From assembly GCA_965208105.1 (NCBI GenBank), contig OZ242318.1, forward strand, positions 3,456,001 through 3,520,000: 64,000 nucleotides of DNA, written 5' to 3'. This DNA is from Candidatus Latescibacterota bacterium (lineage in GTDB: Bacteria; Latescibacterota; UBA2968; UBA8231). The notes beneath the pieces are model-generated. The model was not told the DNA's origin. It worked only from the letters and a program-made list of their open reading frames with translations, and did no database searches. A program made the position numbers and the translations under genes. Shown one piece after another: positions 62,001-64,000 of the stretch; position 1 is the stretch's first letter, and every line of letters starts with the position of its first letter.

Positions 62001-62792
62001 GTACAGTGGTGGGACAACGACAAGGCACACTTGCTTCGGGTTCAGGGGTACGGGCTGTTTGCAGGTATTGACAATAATCTTAGAAAGGGACTGTCGGATT
62101 TGGTGATGACGCTCGCGACGATGGTTGTGAGATATCCTGATTCAGTACGAGACGAGAACATTCGGGATGTAGTGACACGGGTTGCGAAGGAGTGCTCCGG
62201 GTACGGCGTGCTAGCGCTGCCCCTAGAGGTCGCCTGCTCGTACGTCTTAGCCGCTTCACCCGATTCTGTGTTGCGACGTGTAGTGGACGCGATGGACTCG
62301 ACCTCCAAGAGCACCGTCATAGATGCCCTTAAGGCCTTGGCCTTGGTCTCGGATCGGACTGGGTCCGAATCAGACGGGGAGGATCTGATCCAGCTGCTCC
62401 GAGCGGTCGGCCAGATGATTCGATGGCGGCGGGCAACAGCCTTGTGGATGACCATGGAGGTGGTGGGAAACGTTGTGAAAAAGCATACTTGGGCGTTCGT
62501 CGATGACGTCGAGAACGGGGTGCTAACGGGGCTTAAGCATCTGGTGACGGAAACGGTGGTGGAGGGGAAGAACGAGGGGGGAATTCAGGCGAACACCGGT
62601 TCGGAGGACGTATCGTGGAAGCTGTTGGTGAGGCGGGCTTCCGCGAGACTTTCGTACAGACTTTTCGAACATTATCGATCAGTCGGGGAAGCAGTCCCCG
62701 AGATAATAAGGGCTTGGGAGACAGTCTGCCGGTCGGAGGATGAGTTCTGGGAAATCAGGAACCAATGGCTTGCCCCCCAGAGTCCGGGGTGA
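59046..62792 (+). CDS. Defence-associated sirtuin (DSR-type): N-terminal SIR2 NADase + long helical C-terminal region
   Basis: VMVGSGFS, FTTNYD, IVKLHGS, LGFSGDDPNF; ~1250 aa; defence-island context. Confidence 0.85.
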   Translation: MTEPPTPHVPADLRLYLDTIADRLLSGHAAVMVGSGFSKNAAPTGSHPGFPDWSRLGDRLFEKLHGHPPGPNERYLQVPALAHQVEAAFGRPALDQMLRDSIPDLQHEPSQLHEDLLDLPWSDVFTTNYDTLLERARRSVISQRFDVVLKPDDLGHSNRPRIVKLHGSLPSDRPFIVTDEDYRRYPHQFAPFVNAVRQALLENTLCLLGFSGDDPNFLQWVGWIHDHLGHRNSPKMYLVGLLQLSPSQKTLLERRNITPVDMSACPGIGNDHYQALDLFLRYLHSRQIADNQLDWPFRADDQPTSPDSKEPREIVEIWTAQRRRYPGWMVLPEDLRSSLWLQTDDWLRGPPSADALPPVLDLEFAFELVWRMERCLCPILDNQIPFFEETIDRYWLATNSAASLDSLSLGGNEVDARGLTLDAIRHRCHYLLLAMLRRYREEGHTAKWDDTCQRIQAVLPILSPEHAAWFHYERALFSLFALNLEQLKTRLAEWPRNDALPFWAAKKAGLLAEIGEVNEARQILEQSLDTIRVKLNLTPTGKDYTLVSQEAFVMYLLQAVRQSSILEEPDQSESHRQRREFRERWHVLKQYKCDPWQEIATFKHKLQRPPAITPDVTEEPTFDIGRSIQTHHIQAWNEEALAAYNFLRFCEDAGIPFRVSNYMIATKSAEGILTRISEYSSFWALATLVRINDAKAVDKIFHRASLARMNTPSVDRLIDRYLESLRLALPDIATGGRRPGATFGTVLAQVLPEILSRLCCKCSRDAREMLLDWLLEVYRSNPRPNYQGIKNVMSRLLEALPVTERVAIVPKLLQFPILSELNALEEGEYLNPFEFLDLPEDLIDEVTMSDTQLDLFFDGASSDKPSVRRWAISTLDKLHSGGLLDHAASQRFCEALWSRVDEHGLPSDTNYYRFAFLSLPHPKEVDPVEGFIRYVRAAQFPAQENQTQTTIGIDANGKVPLCHDICSAKDIPWSGDDVHSIVHRLVQWWDNDKAHLLRVQGYGLFAGIDNNLRKGLSDLVMTLATMVVRYPDSVRDENIRDVVTRVAKECSGYGVLALPLEVACSYVLAASPDSVLRRVVDAMDSTSKSTVIDALKALALVSDRTGSESDGEDLIQLLRAVGQMIRWRRATALWMTMEVVGNVVKKHTWAFVDDVENGVLTGLKHLVTETVVEGKNEGGIQANTGSEDVSWKLLVRRASARLSYRLFEHYRSVGEAVPEIIRAWETVCRSEDEFWEIRNQWLAPQSPG

Positions 62793-62941
62793 TGGGTCAT
62801 TGGGCCTATCGTCGGCCGCTGTCGCCCGGGCACATCGAGGTCGCGGAATCGGTCCGGAAGCTCCGAGAGTTAGAGTGGGAGCGGCCGACGGCCGAGGCGA
62901 CGGTGAATCGGTATCTGGAGGAGTTGGAGTATGACGCCTGA
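62792..62941 (+). CDS. 49-aa mini-ORF encoding an HsdM C-terminal helix homolog (contains repeat copy 2; not in ORF track)
   Basis: MGHWAYRRPLSPGHIEVAESVRKLRELEWERPTAEATVNRYLEELEYDA*; ATG overlaps the SIR2 stop (TGATG); end overlaps the hsdS start. Confidence 0.55.
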   Translation: MGHWAYRRPLSPGHIEVAESVRKLRELEWERPTAEATVNRYLEELEYDA

Positions 62942-64000
62942 AGGTTGGGCCGAGACCGCGTTGGAACAGGTGGCTGAAGTGGCGATCGGTAAGACGCCCG
63001 CCCGCAATGAGAAGTCATTCTGGGATCCAGGAAAAACAACGCAGAATCGATGGGCGACGATCGGGGATATACAGAGTAGGTATATCAGGGAAACCTCCGA
63101 ACATATCTCCGACCTTGGAGTTCAGCACTCAAACGCGAGGCTCGTTCCGGCTGGCACTCTGTTGATGAGCTTCAAGCTTACCCTCGGGCGAGCTGCGATC
63201 ACCTCGAAGCCCATGTATACGAACGAGGCAATAGCAGCGTTCTACCCAAGTGGTAAGGCCACGACGGAATATCTCTACTACCTCCTCCCAACCCTCGCGC
63301 TAGAGGAATCTTCCGATCATGCGGTAAAGGGACGGACCCTGAACAAAGCGAAGCTTCGAGCTCTCAGACTTGCCCTGCCCCCGCTCCCCGAGCAGCGCAA
63401 GATTGCCGCCATCCTCTCCTAGGTGGACGACGCCATCGAGAAGACCCAGGAGGTCATCGACCAGGTGCAGGTCGTCAAGCGCGGCCTGATGCAGGAGCTG
63501 CTCACGCGGGGCCTGCCGGGCAGGCACACGCGGTTCAAGCAAACCGAGATTGGGAAAATACCGGAGGAATGGGAAGTCCGTGAGCTTTCTGACCTATGCC
63601 ACCGGACGTTCGTTGGTATCGCTCAAGCCGCAACACATGCGTATGCGGAACAAGGTGTTCCCATCGTCCGTACAACGAACGTCCGAGAGAATGGTCTGGA
63701 TATGGACAGCCTGCTGCGCATCACCGAGGAATTCGCTGGGGAGATGAAGGGGAAGACACTTTGCGCGGGGGATGTATTGACGGCAAGAACCGGCTATCCC
63801 GGAACATCCGTCGTCGTGCCTGAATCCTTGGCCGGTGGGCAATGCTTCACCCTACTCGTCTCTCGTCCTGGACCGCGACTTCGGTCGAGATTCTTGTGTC
63901 ATACGATGAACTCCGACATCGGCAGCCGGATCGTAAATCGTGGACAAGCCGGAGGAGCCCAGCAGAATCTCAACGTATCGGTTTTCAAGAAGGCGCAGTT
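62931..64000 (+). pseudogene. hsdS: Type I R-M specificity subunit interrupted by in-frame TAG at 63420-63422; runs off the window
   Basis: TRD1 then PPLPEQRKIAAILS*VDDAIEKTQEVIDQVQVVKRGLMQELLTRG..IPEEW and TRD2 open to base 64000. Confidence 0.88.

Noticed and set aside
63420-63422. Genome-wide TAG recoding or pyrrolysine as the explanation for the hsdS amber
   Set aside because: TAG is a true stop for other genes here (e.g. ending at 6081, 36192, 54694, 56460) and no pyl genes are seen.

Overview
High-GC bacterial DNA, probably a diderm of the FCB group (Latescibacterota/Gemmatimonadota-like gene content, inferred from a PorX-like regulator, a protein with a C-terminal secretion-type Ig domain and many PhyH dioxygenases). 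1-21.9 kb is housekeeping and envelope genes: glyA, an EamA transporter, an NlpC/P60-GT87-TPR-(zincin/PD40/Omp85)-lipoprotein run, a kinase-porX-tsaE-OMP operon, bactofilin, tal, kdsC and msrA. 22-52 kb is accessory catabolism (five PhyH dioxygenases, two lactonases, two GH-like propellers, ROK kinase, DUF3604, oxidoreductases) interrupted by vapBC, gene remnants and a solo ABC ATPase-TOPRIM nuclease. 52.1-64 kb is a co-oriented anti-phage island: a deleted HigB-like toxin with its antitoxin, GmrSD, a complete Pycsar (PycTIR + PycC), an orphan HigA and a type I R-M locus. The most unusual feature is a ~1250-aa DSR-type SIR2 gene inserted between hsdM and hsdS. It is followed by an unannotated 49-aa ORF, overlapping both neighbours, that re-encodes the HsdM C-terminal helix. 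hsdS also carries an in-frame amber codon. No rRNA, tRNA, CRISPR array, integrase or transposase was recognised. All calls come from reading motifs by eye; no database searches were run.
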